In this document: positions 13,738 through 29,256 of the stretch, one piece after another | Layout of the letters: each line of letters opens with the position of its first letter | Position numbering within the stretch: the stretch's first letter is position 1 | Origin: Octopus bimaculoides | Taxonomy: Eukaryota | Assembly: GCF_001194135.2 (NCBI RefSeq) | Contig: NC_068998.1 | Span: 51,979,168-52,043,167 of the forward strand | Length of the DNA stretch: 64,000 nucleotides | Reading direction: 5' to 3' | Program-made: the position numbers and the translations under genes | The notes under the pieces: model-generated | The model's input: the letters and a program-made list of their open reading frames with translations, nothing else | Databases searched by the model: none | Told to the model about the DNA's origin: nothing

Positions 13738-14275
13738 CATATGTACATATATATGTATATATATATATACACATATGTATATATAAATGTTCATGGGTGT
13801 AGTTAGATACTTCTTCACACAACCCAAGAAACACATTTTCATTCAACAACAATGACAACAGTCACACAACACCCATGCAACAACAGGAATCGAACCCACA
13901 TTCTGATGATCATAAAGCCAATGCCCTAACCACTAGATCATGTCTTTACAATATTATTGTCCATTCTTATATAACTGGAACTGAATAACATCAACTTACT
14001 GAGGTGTTACATTTTATATTGAATGGCTTCAAAGTTGTTAATGCAAACATTGATTTCTTTGGATGTAATTTTAAATGAGTTTTTATTGTCACGAAAGACT
14101 CAGACTTTAATCAATTTCCTCTCTGTAACTCTTTTATTTCCACAGTCCTACATATTGACGTGCACTAACATTATTCTCTGATTTAAAGGTGGTTTTGGTT
14201 GCACACACAAAACCATAATAATATAGCAGTGTCACAATGCTAACCATTGTTTCTTTTCTTTTTTTTTCCTTCCAG

Positions 14276-14514
14276 GGTTCATTCAAATCTTCTCTGAGAA
14301 AAAGAAAAAAGGCATCATTAAAAAAGAAGAAAAATAAAGATGAACAGAAAACTTTTATTGTGAAGTCCATTCCGTCACCGACAACTAAACCCCTTTTGGT
14401 CTTTATCAATCCAAAGAGTGGAGGAAACCAAGGGGCCAAAATAATGCACAAGTTCTGTTGGTTACTCAACCCTCGGCAAGTCTTTGATTTAAGTCAAGGT
14501 GGCCCCACATTTGG
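14276..14514 (+). CDS. DGKZ: Type IV diacylglycerol kinase (zeta/iota-like) exon: basic MARCKS-like segment and start of catalytic domain
   Basis: Polypyrimidine tract + CAG acceptor and GG|gtaagc donor. Encodes [79 protein letters not shown], containing the DGK motifs [13 protein letters not shown] and LNPRQVFDL. Phase 0 to phase 2. Zeta vs iota cannot be separated here; likely a single invertebrate co-orthologue. Confidence 0.96.
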
Positions 14515-17500
14515 GTAAGCATAGCATTAACATGTATTTACATTTAATAGGATTTGGGGAGATTTTCCTTTTTTTCTTTTTGATATTTAAAATGCTTTTC
14601 CTTTACTTGTTCCAGTCATATTAGATTGTAGCCACGCTGGGGCACTGCCTTGAAAAATTTTTAGTTAAATGGATCAAACCCAGTACAAATTTCTTTTAAA
14701 AGCCTGATACTTATTCTCGTGATCTCTTTTGCTGAACTGCTAAATTGCAGGGACATAAACACATCAACAGTGGTTGTCAGGCAATGATAGGGGACAAATA
14801 CAGACACAAAGACTCACACTTGATTAAAGTGCCATGCAGTAAAACTGAACCAAGAATCATGTGGTTGGGAAACAAGCTTCTTACCGCACAGCCACGCCTG
14901 TGCTTGTTACGCTTTTACTTATATATATATATATATATAGATAGATAGATAGATAGATAGATATGTACACATACACACACACATATATATATATATCATC
15001 ATCATCATGTATATATATATCTATACTCTTATTTGTTCAAATACATGCCACTGGGCTCTGAGAATTATTTCTCTTAACTTGCTTTCATTTTGTGTGTGAG
15101 TGTATATGTGTGTACACAGATATACACAATAAGCTTCTACATATTTCCTATCTACCCTAATCCACTCCCAAGGTACTCATCAACCTGAGGCTATGGCACT
15201 TGTCCAAAGTGCTGCACAAGGGAATTGAACCTAAAAACCCACATAGTTTCAATATTGACTTCTTAACCACACAACCATCGCATTGCTAATATAGAAAATA
15301 ATGTATGTGACAAAAAAATTAGTGATGTTATTTTTATATGGAGAATTCACATATGTTAAGTCTATTGTATATAACGGCTGAAGCTAATAAATGAAGAAAG
15401 AAGGAAAGAAACAAAGAATCTTAGTTGAGATAAAGTAGAAGAAGCCGATTACTTTAAGTAAAGGTAATGGGATATTTAGTAGACTGTTTAGCTGGTGTGA
15501 TTTAGTCTGGAAAATTATCTAAAAGCAACACCAATACCTACCAATACTGTTTTAGCAGAATAAGCATTACAGCTAGAATTTGTAGCACAAGCTGTTATTC
15601 ACCAAGTTTCTTGGAATATTTATTGTACATGTTTCATTGTAGTCATTGCTTCACTGTCTTTTCTGTTAGATTGGTGTCGTTCCATCGCATGTATGGAAAC
15701 ATTCTAGTTAGAGAAGTAGAGAAGGTTATTCATAATATATATATATACATTGTTAATGTCTAGTCTTATTTTCTTTGATTTGCCTTTTAATTCATCTTTG
15801 AGAAGATTGGTTTCATTATGATTGCATGAATGAAGCAAATTTATTGCAACTCAATTCAAAGATGGCTTAAAATTTGTGCTGTGACTGATGACATTCACAT
15901 TGCACTATTTAAATCTCAAAGAGAATCGGTAACAAATTATGCCTCTCGGCATTACATTGTCTTAGATAAATATGAAAGGCAAATCAATGTTTATCCCTTG
16001 GTATAATAATAGCTAAAGTCCCTCATAACTACAAACTTTCATTTTGTTTTAACCTACTTAAATATTATATTCTATTAGATTAGATATTATTACTGGAAAA
16101 CCATTTGCCTACTTTTAGAGAATATATCTTAGAATTATATCTACTAGAGATATTTGTGTAGGTTTTGTTTTGTTTTTTTGTTTTAATGGTTTGGTTTGTA
16201 GAAAGTAGCTATTTCTGTGTCCATTGCGCATTCATGAAAAATGATGAGGTTGATGTAGATAATGTTTGTGATAAATATGGGCAGAGATGGGATGGCTGAA
16301 GTAATATGGAAGGAGGAATTAGGAATTGAAAAAAGAAATGATGAGCACAAGTAGAAGTCTTTCACCGTTAGTTTGTTCAATGATGGCTGATCTTAGATTT
16401 AAAAACAACCATAAATCTTCCCAGCCAAAGAGTGCTTCTGAACACCTTCCTTGTCATATATTTCTTGTAAAATGGATTTTGTGGACAGAAACTGGAATAA
16501 GATTGATGTATATACACTTATATATGTAACTTTGTGTTTGTTTTCATCTCTGATCCCTTGGATGAAGGTGAAACAGGCATGGTTGTTGTCAGCTTCTCCT
16601 GTCAACATATCGTTCAGTTGCTTTGTGACTTTAAATCACTATGGAGTAAGAGGTTTCTTAAGGGGAAAACGTGGGGGTTAGCATTAGGAAGATCATCCAG
16701 CTGTAAAGCAATATCTCAACATATTTGTCCAACCCAAGCAAGCATTAACAAACAGATGTAAAACAAATAAACAAATGTACTTATAACAGATCATTCTTAA
16801 TACCCGACAAAGCACTCCTTAAAATCATAACTGCTGAACCTCTCAGATGCATTTAAATTTAAAATGTGGCAAAATCTCAAAAATCCGACCTCCTGCCCCC
16901 ATAAAAAATTTTTTTACCATAACAATTTGTAAAGTCACCTGTGAATTAATAAAATCTAAAATATTTTATTTTCCTTAGTGTCAATGTGCCACCAAAAGGT
17001 CTTTTGTTCTTATTGTTACTACCAAACTCCTACCAGTATAATCCCTTTGTTACCATATTCCTGTTGGCATACACTGCCTTTCTTTCAGGGTCAGTTTCAG
17101 GTGGATTGGTATCAAAAGGGATTAAAATGCTTCACCACCTTTACTATGTGTGGTAATTCTATCTGTTGCGAATAACAGCCAAATCTCCTTCAAATTACAT
17201 CTTATCTTTTTATAGAACACCATATATATTTTATAGTCCTCCCAGAGAACCCTAAAACTTAACGTGGTCAGAGCTGTAAAACTTTCAATCATAAGTCTAC
17301 TCACTCAGAAGCAACAGTAACAGCAACTGTGGAGAGAACTGATTTTTTTCCGAGAAAGATCAGATAAAAAGAGAAAGAAAAATTATTGCATGTTTATGGC
17401 TGATGAAGAGACAAGTGATAGGAGTTGCTCGCTGATATATCCTTCCATTTGGAAATAAAGTTAAAGTATATTATAGCCAGCAGTTGACCTACTGTTTATT

Positions 17501-17783
17501 GACAGAATGACACTTAGTGAATGGACGATAGAATGATACTGTGTAAAGTATTGATCACTGCAAAGTATATGACAAGATCTGCAGTCCTTGGATTAGTGTA
17601 TCTGATAATATCTAACACCCGTAATGGAATACAACACCTCAATAATGAAGCATATGTTCTTGACTTGTGGTCAAAGGTCACTGGGAGAAATTAATTATTA
17701 ATTACAAAGATACTTCCCAACAAGTTTCATCATCTCAATTTACATTTGTTTTCACTTCAATCCCAGTCTATTATATAAAGATG

Positions 17784-18126
17784 TGGAGGTACAATGGCCC
17801 AGTGGTTATGGCAGCAGACTCGTGGTTGTAGAATTGCGGTTTCAATTCCCAGACCAGGCGTTGTGAGTGTTTATTGAGCACAAACACCTAAAAGTACACT
17901 TTCACCACAACTTTCTCTCACTCTTTCTTCCTGCTTCTGTTATACCTGTATTTCAAAGGGGCCAGTCTTGTCACACTCTGTGCCATGCTGAATCTCCCCA
18001 AGAACTAAATTAAGAGTACACATGTCTGTGGAGTGCTCAGCCACTTGCATGTTAATTTCACGAGCAGGCTGTTCCGTTGATCGAATCAACTGGAACCCTT
18101 GTCATCGCAACTGACATAGTGCCATC
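17784..18126 (+). mobile_element. tRNA-derived SINE family D, full copy with 14-bp TSD
   Basis: Head GGAGGTACAATGGCCCAGTGGTTA...GGTTTCAATTCC and tail GTGGAGTGCTCAGCCACTTGC...GGAACCCT...GTGCCA. TSD ATTATATAAAGATG at 17770-17783 and 18127-18140. Other copies at 7433-7566(-) and ~13385-13505(+). Confidence 0.85.
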
Positions 18127-21100
18127 ATTATATAAAGATGGTGCTCCAGCATGATCTTAGCCATAATAGCTAAAACAAATGGAAGAATACTTCTTTATTG
18201 TTCATTTTAATGGAGGAGTTTCCATCTTCCAAATCCACTCACAAGGCTTTGGTCGACCCAAGGCTATGGAAGAAGACATTTGCCCAAGTTGACACACCTA
18301 CACCTCTAGGAGTCAGGTTTGTTACTACAGTTTCCTTAACGCTAACAGAAATAACTCTGGTGTGAATCAGTGTGATAGTGTTGATGTTCCACTGCTGCCA
18401 TGACAACCAACTTTATTTTTTCTCTAAGTATAAGTTTGAAAGCTGAATCGACTGAGTAGAGTTACAATTAGATGAAATCTCCAAGTGGCTTAAATGCTCA
18501 AGTCTCCAATATCCAAGTGGCTAAAAAGAGTCAGTAGAAGGATACCCAGGAATCATGATCTGGATGCAGCCTGGCCTCTTTAGAATGTAAGAAGTTAAGG
18601 GCCAAAACAGTTGCATGAGTGGGGCTTTTTTTCTCTAAAGCCCTTCTGCTGTTTAGTTCTCTTGAAAGTTTCTGATGGTTTGTATTTTCAAGTGTGTTGT
18701 GTTTATGATAAAGTGTGTGTGTTTGTGGTAAAGTGTAACAGAATCATGCTTCAAAGTAATATCACTGGAGGAAAGTGAATGATGTAAACATTTCAGTGTG
18801 ATGCAGAATGAGTTTGTAAAACGGATGGAAATAAATTGTAAATCTAGTAAAGAATATTGTAAAACTACTTAAGTGGTTTTAAATGACTGTTAAAAATCTG
18901 TGATTTCCCACTTGTCTTTAGTATTCCTTTTTCACTTTTTAAACAAATCATGAAAATTGTTTGTTAATTGCAATGGGGCCTGGGTTCTGAATCATAATTG
19001 CAATTTTATAAAATCTGAAGTGTTATAAATTCACAGCAAATTTGTCTTTTAAGAAAGTTACAAACTCTGTTTTTCAAGATGTTAATATAAAGTTATAAAT
19101 ATATAAGATCACTGATTTATGACGATAATTGTTTCATTATAGATTATTAAAGAACAAATAATTGATCAAAGTTGCAACTGCTATGACGTAAACGACGATG
19201 ATATTTAATTTATTTTTATTTTTGCAAAGTTGGCATCAATAGAACAACAGAGTAAACACTACAGAGTTTTAAGTTTCATGTCTGGATTATTGGTTTAATC
19301 TCTCTTAATACCAGCCCACCTGAGACTGTCCATACTAAAGTGTTGATATTTAAATTAAAATCTCAATCAGAATCTCATTATAACATGAATACTATCATGA
19401 GATTTTATTTGGTCAACATCAGCATAATATACCAATAAATAAACTTAAAGATGTTTTACTAAAATCCTCTCCAGTATTGATTTTGTTGAAAATTAATTGA
19501 AACACATAAGCAAGCTATTCATTGGAAATTGAGTCACGCAAAGGTTAAATCCTACCAAGTTTGGGTTTTGGTTTACATTTTATTTTATGATTAACAACCT
19601 ATGAATATGTTATCCCAAGATTCAAAGATATTATGAAATAGGTATGTGAGTTCTTAAAACTAAATTTAACCCTTTTGTTTCAATTAATTTTGAAAATAAG
19701 GAAGAATTTAGTAAAACAACTTTTGTCATTGTTAAGCTGGTATTTTAAACAAATTAATACAAAATTTTAATGAAAGGTTTTAAGTCAAATCACTTTAAAA
19801 CAAGTAGTTTGTGTCACAGAACAGTCTTAGGTGGATACGTATTAAAAGGCTTACTGCTTTCACAATGATCTCTTTAATGAAATACACGTTTTATGTTTGT
19901 TTGTTTTTTTCTTTGCTGGTATAGGTGGGATAAAAACTTATTATAGAGACATTATTTTACAGTCAGATGCCTTCCTAATTGCTAACCCCTACATGTTTTG
20001 CAAGTAAGGGACTTGTCTTACGAAGGGGCATCACCTAGTGGTTAGGGTGTTGCACTCACGATATCAATGGGTTAATCTACCTGAATGGCAAATCAAATTG
20101 TTTTTATTTTCTTCGTTGTGTAAAACATGATGGAACTAATTGTTCAGACTAATTAGCTGACAAAGGACATTGACTGATAATGCTAATTGTCATGATGGTA
20201 GACACTATTGTTGTTATTAACACTGACAAATTACGAAAATTTTAAACATATTGTTTTGCAACCATGTGCTATCCGTTTGAATCTCACTGCACAATACATT
20301 GGCCAGGTGCCTTCTGTAGCCTTGAGTTAGCCAATACATTGTGGACAGAATGTATATAGATGTATGCTCTGTGTGTGTGTGTGTGTATAAGTTGTCCACC
20401 AGTCAAAAATAAAAGCACCCTGTATATAAATAATAAAGTCAATTTATTTTTGAATCCTCATGCAATAAATTATTGACCAAATGGTTACCACTCGTTTTTT
20501 CCCCTGACAGTAATATTTTGTCCAGTTATATGCCATCACCAGTAATATATTGCTTGATGTGTATCTAGAAGTGTGTGTATTTATGTATATATTTGGGTGT
20601 GTATATCTATGTGTATGTATGTGTGTGTGTGTGTATGTATATATATGTGTAATTATATATATACAAACACACACACATATTAGTCTATTCATGTGTAAGA
20701 GCCAACTGTTGTTGAACTGTTCAGAGGAACCCTAGAGTATCGATAAGCTACTGGATATATCTACACAAACAACATACGTGTATGTGGGGTTTGTGTTTAT
20801 CTATTGAAAACACCACCAGTCAAAACAACACAGATATTGGGTCAAACGGTGAATGAAGCAACCAGTAAAATATAGATTAATTAATTAACTCCTAAATTGA
20901 AATAAAGAGAGAGGTCAGGATGATTGACTTCAAAACCTCTGAAGACAGTATCCCAGCTTGGCCACAGTCTAATGACTGATACCATTAATCAAATAAAAGA
21001 ATAACTGCTCGTTAGCTGCTACTTAACACTTTTCAACTGATAAGATCAAAACTCATTATACCTTAACACAAACTAAATAATTACCCTTACATAAAAAGAA

Positions 21101-23373
21101 AAATACCTAAGTTATTTTTACACTTTTCAGTTGGTCAATTGACTCAATTTTATTCTTTCATCGTTGCTAATTTGTAACATTATTCTTAATTATTTTAGGT
21201 TTTTTTTTTATTGTTGATTAGTCCTGGGCAAACTGATAAATTATTCAGCTTGCTTCATAATGGGAATATAAAGCAATTAATTTAATCATCGTTAAGTCTT
21301 CAGATTGTAAGAAAACCAGATTGAATTGAGATTGGACTGATTTCTTGGATTTTTTCTTTTTTTTTTTCTAATTAGTCTGCATTAGTATTTTGAATAATGG
21401 TGGAGGAAATGTTACTTGCAATCAGATGTGGAGATTTCTTTCTAAGAAATATGTTCCAATTGTTTACTACTGTTTCAAACCATTCTTTGCTGGATCACCA
21501 TCATCATCATCATCATCATCATCGTTTTAACATCCACTTTTCCTTTCTTGCATGGATTGGATGAAGTTTATTGAGGCAGATTTTTCTACGGCCAGTTGCT
21601 CTTCCCGTCACTAACCCTCACCTGTTATCCAAGGAAAGTAAATATTTTCCCCAAGGATCAGACATATTCTCAGAGAATTTTGGAAACGGCTTGTATGACT
21701 GACAATTATTTACAACTATTCAAGGCAGGGAAACTGTAACAAATACACAATCTCACATACATGCATACATATACTGCCCCCCATGCCAGTCGCACGTAAA
21801 AGCACCCACTACACTCTCGGAGTGGTTGGCGTTAGGAAGGGCATCCAGCTGTAGAAACTCTGCCAGATCAAATTCGAGCCTGGTGCAGCCATCTGGCTCT
21901 CCTGTCCTCAGTCAAATCGTCCAACCCAAGCTAGCATGGAAAGCGGACGTTAAATGATGATGATGATGATTATAAGAAGTTAGAAACTTCAAAAGAATTG
22001 AAATAAATTATTATTTTTGTACTGGAACTTGATGTCTGTAAAACTAAAAATAACAACTTGTAAGAATATAGCGTTAAAACTTCTTTTAATGTAAACATCA
22101 AAATGAATAGAGAAAATCTGATATGTTGCTTTGGTGTAATGGTTAGCAAATCTGTCGTAGTTTCAGAAGGTGAAAGTTCACATCCCGTGGGCAGCCTTCA
22201 ATTTTTTTTTCCATCCAAGGGNNNNNNNNNNNNNNNNNNNNNNNNNNNNNNNNNNNNNNNNNNNNNNNNNNNNNNNNNNNNNNNNNNNNNNNNNNNNNNN
22301 NNNNNNNNNNNNNNNNNNNNNNNNNNNNNNNNNNNNNNNNNNNNNNNNNNNNNNNNNNNNNNNNNNNNNNNNNNNNNNNNNNNNNNNNNNNNNNNNNNNN
22401 NNNNNNNNNNNNNNNNNNNNNNNNNNNNNNNNNNNNNNNNNNNNNNNNNNNNNNNNNNNNNNNNNNNNNNNNNNNNNNNNNNNNNNNNNNNNNNNNNNNN
22501 NNNNNNNNNNNNNNNNNNNNNNNNNNNNNNNNNNNNNNNNNNNNNNNNNNNNNNNNNNNNNNNNNNNNNNNNNNNNNNNNNNNNNNNNNNNNNNNNNNNN
22601 NNNNNNNNNNNNNNNNNNNNNNNNNNNNNNNNNNNNNNNNNNNNNNNNNNNNNNNNNNNNNNNNNNNNNNNNNNNNNNNNNNNNNNNNNNNNNNNNNNNN
22701 NNNNNNNNNNNNNNNNNNNNNNNNNNNNNNNNNNNNNNNNNNNNNNNNNNNNNNNNNNNNNATATATATATATATATATACCCTATATGTTACTCTCCCA
22801 TATATTGCTTCTTCACTAATATGCTTTCTTTATCCGTTTCTATGCTTTCCATGCATTTTCAAGCGAATCTCCTCCAAGTCAACATGGTATCCCTTGATGA
22901 CAGTGTAAACTTCTTTTGATTAAGGTATCTTTGGCCCAACAAGTAGCTAGCAGATTATCCCTTGTTTGGTTAATTCCTACTTCCGAGGTTCTTTTAGCTA
23001 TGAAACATATGCAGCCTGGATTTTATCTACACCATTCCCTAATCTTTAGATATATATATTAGAGACAGAGAGAGAGAGAGAGAGAAATGTGTGTGTGTCA
23101 CTGCATATCTTTCCAGAACAATTCCCACCTCAGCTACCACCTCATTTATTTCATAAAAATAAACCTTCCTTGTGTTAGGGCATGGGATTATTTCAACTTT
23201 CACTATCAGTTTGACTGTATGTAATGATCATTTTTGGTACCAGTAATTCCAGCAATTAAAAACATATGTCTTCTTTCCCACATTCAACATAACTTCACAT
23301 TAAATTTGTTAAACAATTTTCCATTTCATCATTCTTTAATCTTCCGTCTTATTTTCTATTTCTATCTTTACAG

Positions 23374-23548
23374 CCTTGAATTATACAAAAAAGTGCCTAA
23401 TCTTCGGGTGCTTGCGTGTGGTGGTGATGGTACAGTTGGTTGGATTTTATCGATTCTTGATGAATTAGCTATCCAGCCTTCACCTCCTGTTGCCATTCTA
23501 CCACTGGGTACTGGGAATGACCTTGCAAGAACTCTGAATTGGGGAGGT
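23374..23548 (+). CDS. DGKZ: DGK catalytic-domain exon (GGDGT ATP-binding motif)
   Basis: tttacag| acceptor and |gtaagt donor. GG+C joins the previous exon as Gly. Encodes [58 protein letters not shown]. 175 nt, ends in phase 0. Confidence 0.97.
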
Positions 23549-23958
23549 GTAAGTATAATATTTCATAAAGGATTTCGGGATTTTTGTGGTTTTCGTCACT
23601 GTTTACAATTTTGTTTGTTTTGTTATTATTTTTTTTCAAATTCCATTTTGTTTGAGCACAGCATGGGAAAAACTGATTCAAAAAATGCTCAAACGGTTCT
23701 CTCTTAGGAAATGCTGAAATTGTTCAACTCGTTCTCTTCCTATACGTTTATCTGTGTGCTTCATTCTATGGTTTCATTCACAAGTGTATGGTTTTAATCT
23801 GTGGTGAGCTGAGGAGTAAGGTGTTGAAATCAGAAGAGCATTGCATGAACGCGGTAGCCGAAGTAGGGATCAAAACATTTTCTCAAGTGTAAGGCCTCAT
23901 CTTTCCGCTGTTGAATGGTAATTTATTAAGACCCATGCAACACCGGGTACTACTGCTA

Positions 23959-24019
<61 letters not shown>

Positions 24020-24315
24020 TATATACACACACACACACACACACACATATGCAAGCGGCTTCTTTCAGTTTCCATCAGCCAAATCCACTCAAAAGATTTT
24101 AATTGTACTTAAGGCTGTAGTATGGACGGAGACTTTTGCCCAAAACGTCATGCAGTGGGTTTGAACTTGAAACTCTGTAGTTGGGAAGTGGACTTCTTAA
24201 CCACTCTGTCATGCCTACGTCTATTCTGGAACAATTTATTATCAAGCTGGTGAGGCTTCTGTCTATTGGATCTCTATTGAAAATTCAGGTTGCAAGAGAC
24301 ACCATAGACAACACC

Positions 24316-24347
<32 letters not shown>

Positions 24348-25167
24348 GTGCAATATTGAGCTAATTTCCTATACTTTTCTGTCAAAATATCTATTGATTA
24401 CTATCAATAACAAGTAAACACTTGAGAAGGCAGGAAACACATGAATCAATATTGTGATTGTTAAGACAACAAACTGTGGTGGCTATTCTTATGGTGACCT
24501 TTGCTCTTCGTATTGTTTAGCTCCCAGTTCAGTTCACCTGTAATCAAAAGCCATTCCAACTATGACCCGCTGACTTTATTTTTCTTTGTCATAATGTATC
24601 TAAGACAACTCTCTTCAATGTGTCCTTCCTTTTCTTACGATTTGTGATTTGGTTATTGTTACTAGCACATCTAGTAACCACATAGAGGCTCACTCACTGG
24701 TGTAGTGATCTATGTCTGTAACATATACTGTCTCAAGCTTGGAGTACAAATGATGAAAAATTGATTCAAACCATGAAAGCTTATTCCTGTGTTTAATTAT
24801 ATAGATTATAATACCAAATTGAAAAAAAAAAAATAAATAAAAAAACAGCTAAAATATAAGTCAATATATAATAGCAGGATCTTTTTTAGCCGAAAAGAAA
24901 ATATTCACGTGTTGCAGTTTACAAAAAAGTAAATATATACTAAAATTTAGTGCCAAGGTATAAGCCCTATGCTCTGTCAGTGGATGGGATGATTATTATA
25001 AAATCATTGATCATTAGTTTAGACAAGCTTTCATGTATTTCTTGAGAGAATTCCAATTTCTTCAGGAGAGAGGCATATCATACATCTTGGCAGCATTCCT
25101 CTAAATCTTTCAAAACAGAAGTGATCATTATTTATAGAATTAGAGTATACTTCATATAAATACACAC

Positions 25168-25203
<36 letters not shown>

Positions 25204-25420
25204 GTGAATGTATACTGTTGTGTATGCATATATCTGATATGTGTGTGTGTTTGTTTCCCTGTGTCTCCATACTGACAGTGCTTTAGCAGCTGTGTAGTGT
25301 TGTGTCCTGTGTAAATTGGCAGATGATGGTTTCATGATGCAAAAGCATAGAACAAAACACTGTTTTCAAAACAAGCAAGGATTGGTAACACAAAGAGCAT
25401 CCTGCACAAAAACACAGACA

Positions 25421-25474
<54 letters not shown>

Positions 25475-28400
25475 TATAAGTGATGTAGTGGTGTTGCAAA
25501 ATTTGACTTGTGCATATCAATTTCCATTATGTCCTTCATATTGTATCAACATTTCATGCATTTATTTTTAAAGTCAAGGAAGTTATCAAAAATTAAAACC
25601 CATCAGTGACTTTTGGGACACTGTATATCTTATCATTATCATTTTGCACCAAATTGTCTCTGTTGGCATGAATTAAGATTAGTTTACTTAGGCAATATGT
25701 TGACTGGATGCTCTTCCTGTCACCAAACAACATCACTTGTATGAAGGTGATGCTCATTTACAATCTTCACACGATGTCAGGAGGAGGAAAAGATACACAC
25801 ATTATACATAGATTATAGGCTTCTTTCAGTTTCCATCTCACAAAGCTTTGGTCAATCTAAGGCTGTAGTAGAAGACACTTCCTCAAGGTGTCATGCTTTG
25901 GAACTGAACTCAAGACCACATGATTGGGAAGCAAGCTTCACAACCACTCAACCTGTACTTAATTATACCTAATAAATGGGTACATTTTGGATAATTAGTC
26001 AAGGTAGTTATTGCATCATTTCACATACACAATATTGAATCATGTATTACAAACAGCCCAATTTTAGGAACAGCCATTCCGTTTCTGATAGTTCAAAATG
26101 TACAGTTGGGAATTTCATCAAAGCTTTAAAATATATATTCTCTATATAAATTAACTGTTTATATCATTTGTTTACGTAGATTAAATGAATTTCATAAATG
26201 ATTAATTACTATAGTAACAAAATGTTTTAACGTACCATTGTTTTTCTCTTAATCTAAATTTAAACTTATTTTCTCTTAGCTAAATATGTTGTCAAGTAGA
26301 CGTAAACATATAGCTACAATTTAATTACTATAAGATCTGATTATTTCTGTTCAACTACTCTATGCCATTGTACAATGTACAGGGGAACATTAAAGGCTAT
26401 ATCTAATTCTGAGACAGCATATATTCCATGCAGGCATCACCATGTGGTTAAGGATTTTGCTTTACAACCATTTGGTTCCTGGTTTAAACTCCACTGCACA
26501 ATACCTTGAGCAAGTATCTTCAACTGTAGCTTCAGGTAAATTGAAGTTTGGTAGGTGAAATTCAGTTGCCAGTCACAATGCAAAAGCCTATTGAATGTGG
26601 GTGTGGAGGAGTATCCAGCAGTGTGTGACAGAAAACTCTATAGTTCAGAACCAATAAAAGCTTTGTAAGTGAATTTAGTACATGGAAACTGAAAGAAGCT
26701 CATCATGTGTGTGTGTGTGTGCATAGGTGAGTGAGTGTGTTTGTGTCTCCTTATCTTCACATCACATAATAATTGTAAGAAAACTTCACCGTTGCTCAAA
26801 AGGCGTTCATCATTTCCAGTCTTTTGTGTAAATATATCTGACCACAGGGAAATATTACCTTGGTCAGAAACAGATGTGAGATGACCAACAGGAAGAACAT
26901 CTGACTGAAAGCAATCTGCCTCAATGAATTCTGTCTAACTTTTACAAGCAGGGAAAAGTGGACATATAAACCGTGAGGATGATGACAATGATTATGATGA
27001 CGATAACGATGATGAATCCCAATGTTAGATCATAAATAGATAATAAAATAATCACATTAACTTTGAAGAATTATTTCTCTTGATAATCTCAATTTCTTTT
27101 GATAATCTCAATATTGTCAGATCATAAATGAACAATAAAATAACATTTGTTATTAAATAGGAATAATATTGTCAGATCGTAAATTGTTTAAAGCATTCCA
27201 TAGAGTTTGCTAAGTTATATAAAATAACCTCTTGGCTCTCTTATTACAACTTTAGGGAGAAGGTTTATCAGTAATAAAAATTATTTATTTTCTTATGCTT
27301 ATCTTTTCATAGTTTTATTGGTTTCTGTCATTATAGCACAGCCATACTGGAGCACCGCCATCCTAGATGGTGTCAGATGATTACATCAAGCATTTGTTAT
27401 TTCAATGTGGTGCTTATTTTATTGATCTCTAATTAACGATGTCAAGTTTTTTACCATTTTTGGTATAAATCAACATCATTCGATCAACCATTTTACACAC
27501 ACACACACACACACACACATGTTGGGCTTCTACACAATTTCCATCTACCATGTTCCACTCATAAAATATTGGACAACTCAAGACCACAGTATAAATACAG
27601 AGGTGGCCATTCACTGAAATTGAAGCTGGAATTTTGGTTTTGGTTGCAAGCTGAGCTTTTCAGCAATCCTCCAGTTATGCCTAATCTCAAAAATCTTCAT
27701 ATTAATGCATCTTTTGATTTAATATAATTTGATTTTTTTGATTCTTGAATTCATAGTAAATAAATATTTACATATATTTCCAAATGTTCCCCAGTTATTC
27801 CTTCTGGCTAAATGAACATTTAAGTTCACTCATTCATGAAGCAAGTAAATTTAATTTTATGAGATAGTCAAAGTTGTTTAGCCCTTGGTCTACTCTAATC
27901 AAGCAGACATATCATCAAACATGTTCCAACTATTATTGTCCCATATTTTTCTTCTGACAATGATTAGTCTTTTTTAAGACAACAGAGTGTAATTTGTGAG
28001 CGATTTGTCAGCTACTTCTAGCAGACTGAATGATTACGTAGAAGCTTCCTTCATTGACATATTACTTACATCACTTACGCCCTTCACTCTTTGTGAAGCA
28101 TAGGCCCTCAATGACTTTTCTCCACTGTACTCAGTTGTGAGTTGTCTTAAGGCCTTCTTCTCCCAGGTTTTGTTGGTGTTGAATTTTCTTCAACACTTCT
28201 GTAACTTTGCTTTTTTCTTGGTTGGAAGAGCTGTTGGTCCTACATAAACCTATTTTTTTTTTACCTCTGGGAAGAGGTGATCCATATTTGTCTGGACTCT
28301 ATCCTTTGTCCTGTCCAGCATGAGAGGCCCCTACCAGGAACTTTCACTCCACTGGCACAGCTCTTGGGGGTCATTGAGGCCCACAAGCCATCACACTACA

Positions 28401-29256
28401 GCAAGGACTGGATCTTGTGCAGATTCTTTAATATACGCATGAGTAATTGCATTGGGCTTTATACAATCATGCTAAAACATCAAACTAATGTGAAGGAACT
28501 CGTGCTTCTTTAGAAGCCAAAACTATAATATTCACTAAAGGATATCAACAAGAGGCCATAACACGTTTTGTAAAGTAAAAATCAATTTGGTAACAACAAT
28601 AGCTACAAAATCAGTTGAGTAGCAATTAACATTTACAAACTGTTTAGATTTATCTTGTTGGAGCAGAACATTAACAAATTCACTTTCTTTGGGGAAAATA
28701 TATTGAACTACTTTAAGGAGGGAAAATGAAATTCAAACTGTTATTCTCATAAAAAGAATACCTTCTTTTCTCTATGAAGGCATGAAGTGGACAAGCTGGC
28801 ATGACCAGTTTTCCATGTTAATATCAAATGTTAGACCATCCGTAGCTAAACATCAAAGTTTGAAATTACTTCACATAAACTTGGTTGTATCTGAATTTAA
28901 CTGTTTACCCATTTTGTTTCTTTATAAAATAAATTTTACGCTTTACTTATATAATATGAAATCTTTGGATTAAAACAAGATTTGTGGTTTTGAAGTCTTT
29001 GATTCTTCTTTAAAGGTAGAAATGATTTGAAAGTAATTAGCATATTAGAAAACAAAAATTCAGTGGCAAAAAAAAAAAGAAATTAACAGAAAATCTGTTT
29101 AAATGTGTGAGATGAGTTATCAATAAGGTAATTTTGTTTTGTTTTATTATTTTCCTTATTTTTAGAGAACACTATGTTCTGATCACACTTCTAGCTAACA
29201 TTAACAGCCTTGTGGATAAGAATATTCTTATCCTTAGTTTTCTGATATGACTTTAA

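Noticed and set aside
1-14275. Upstream DGK C1-domain exons
   Set aside because: No AG/GT-bounded segment encoding Cys/His C1 motifs was found; they may lie in the 8457-9384 gap or before the window.
14134-14469. 111-aa minus-strand ORF
   Set aside because: Antisense shadow of the DGK exon; no recognisable protein features.
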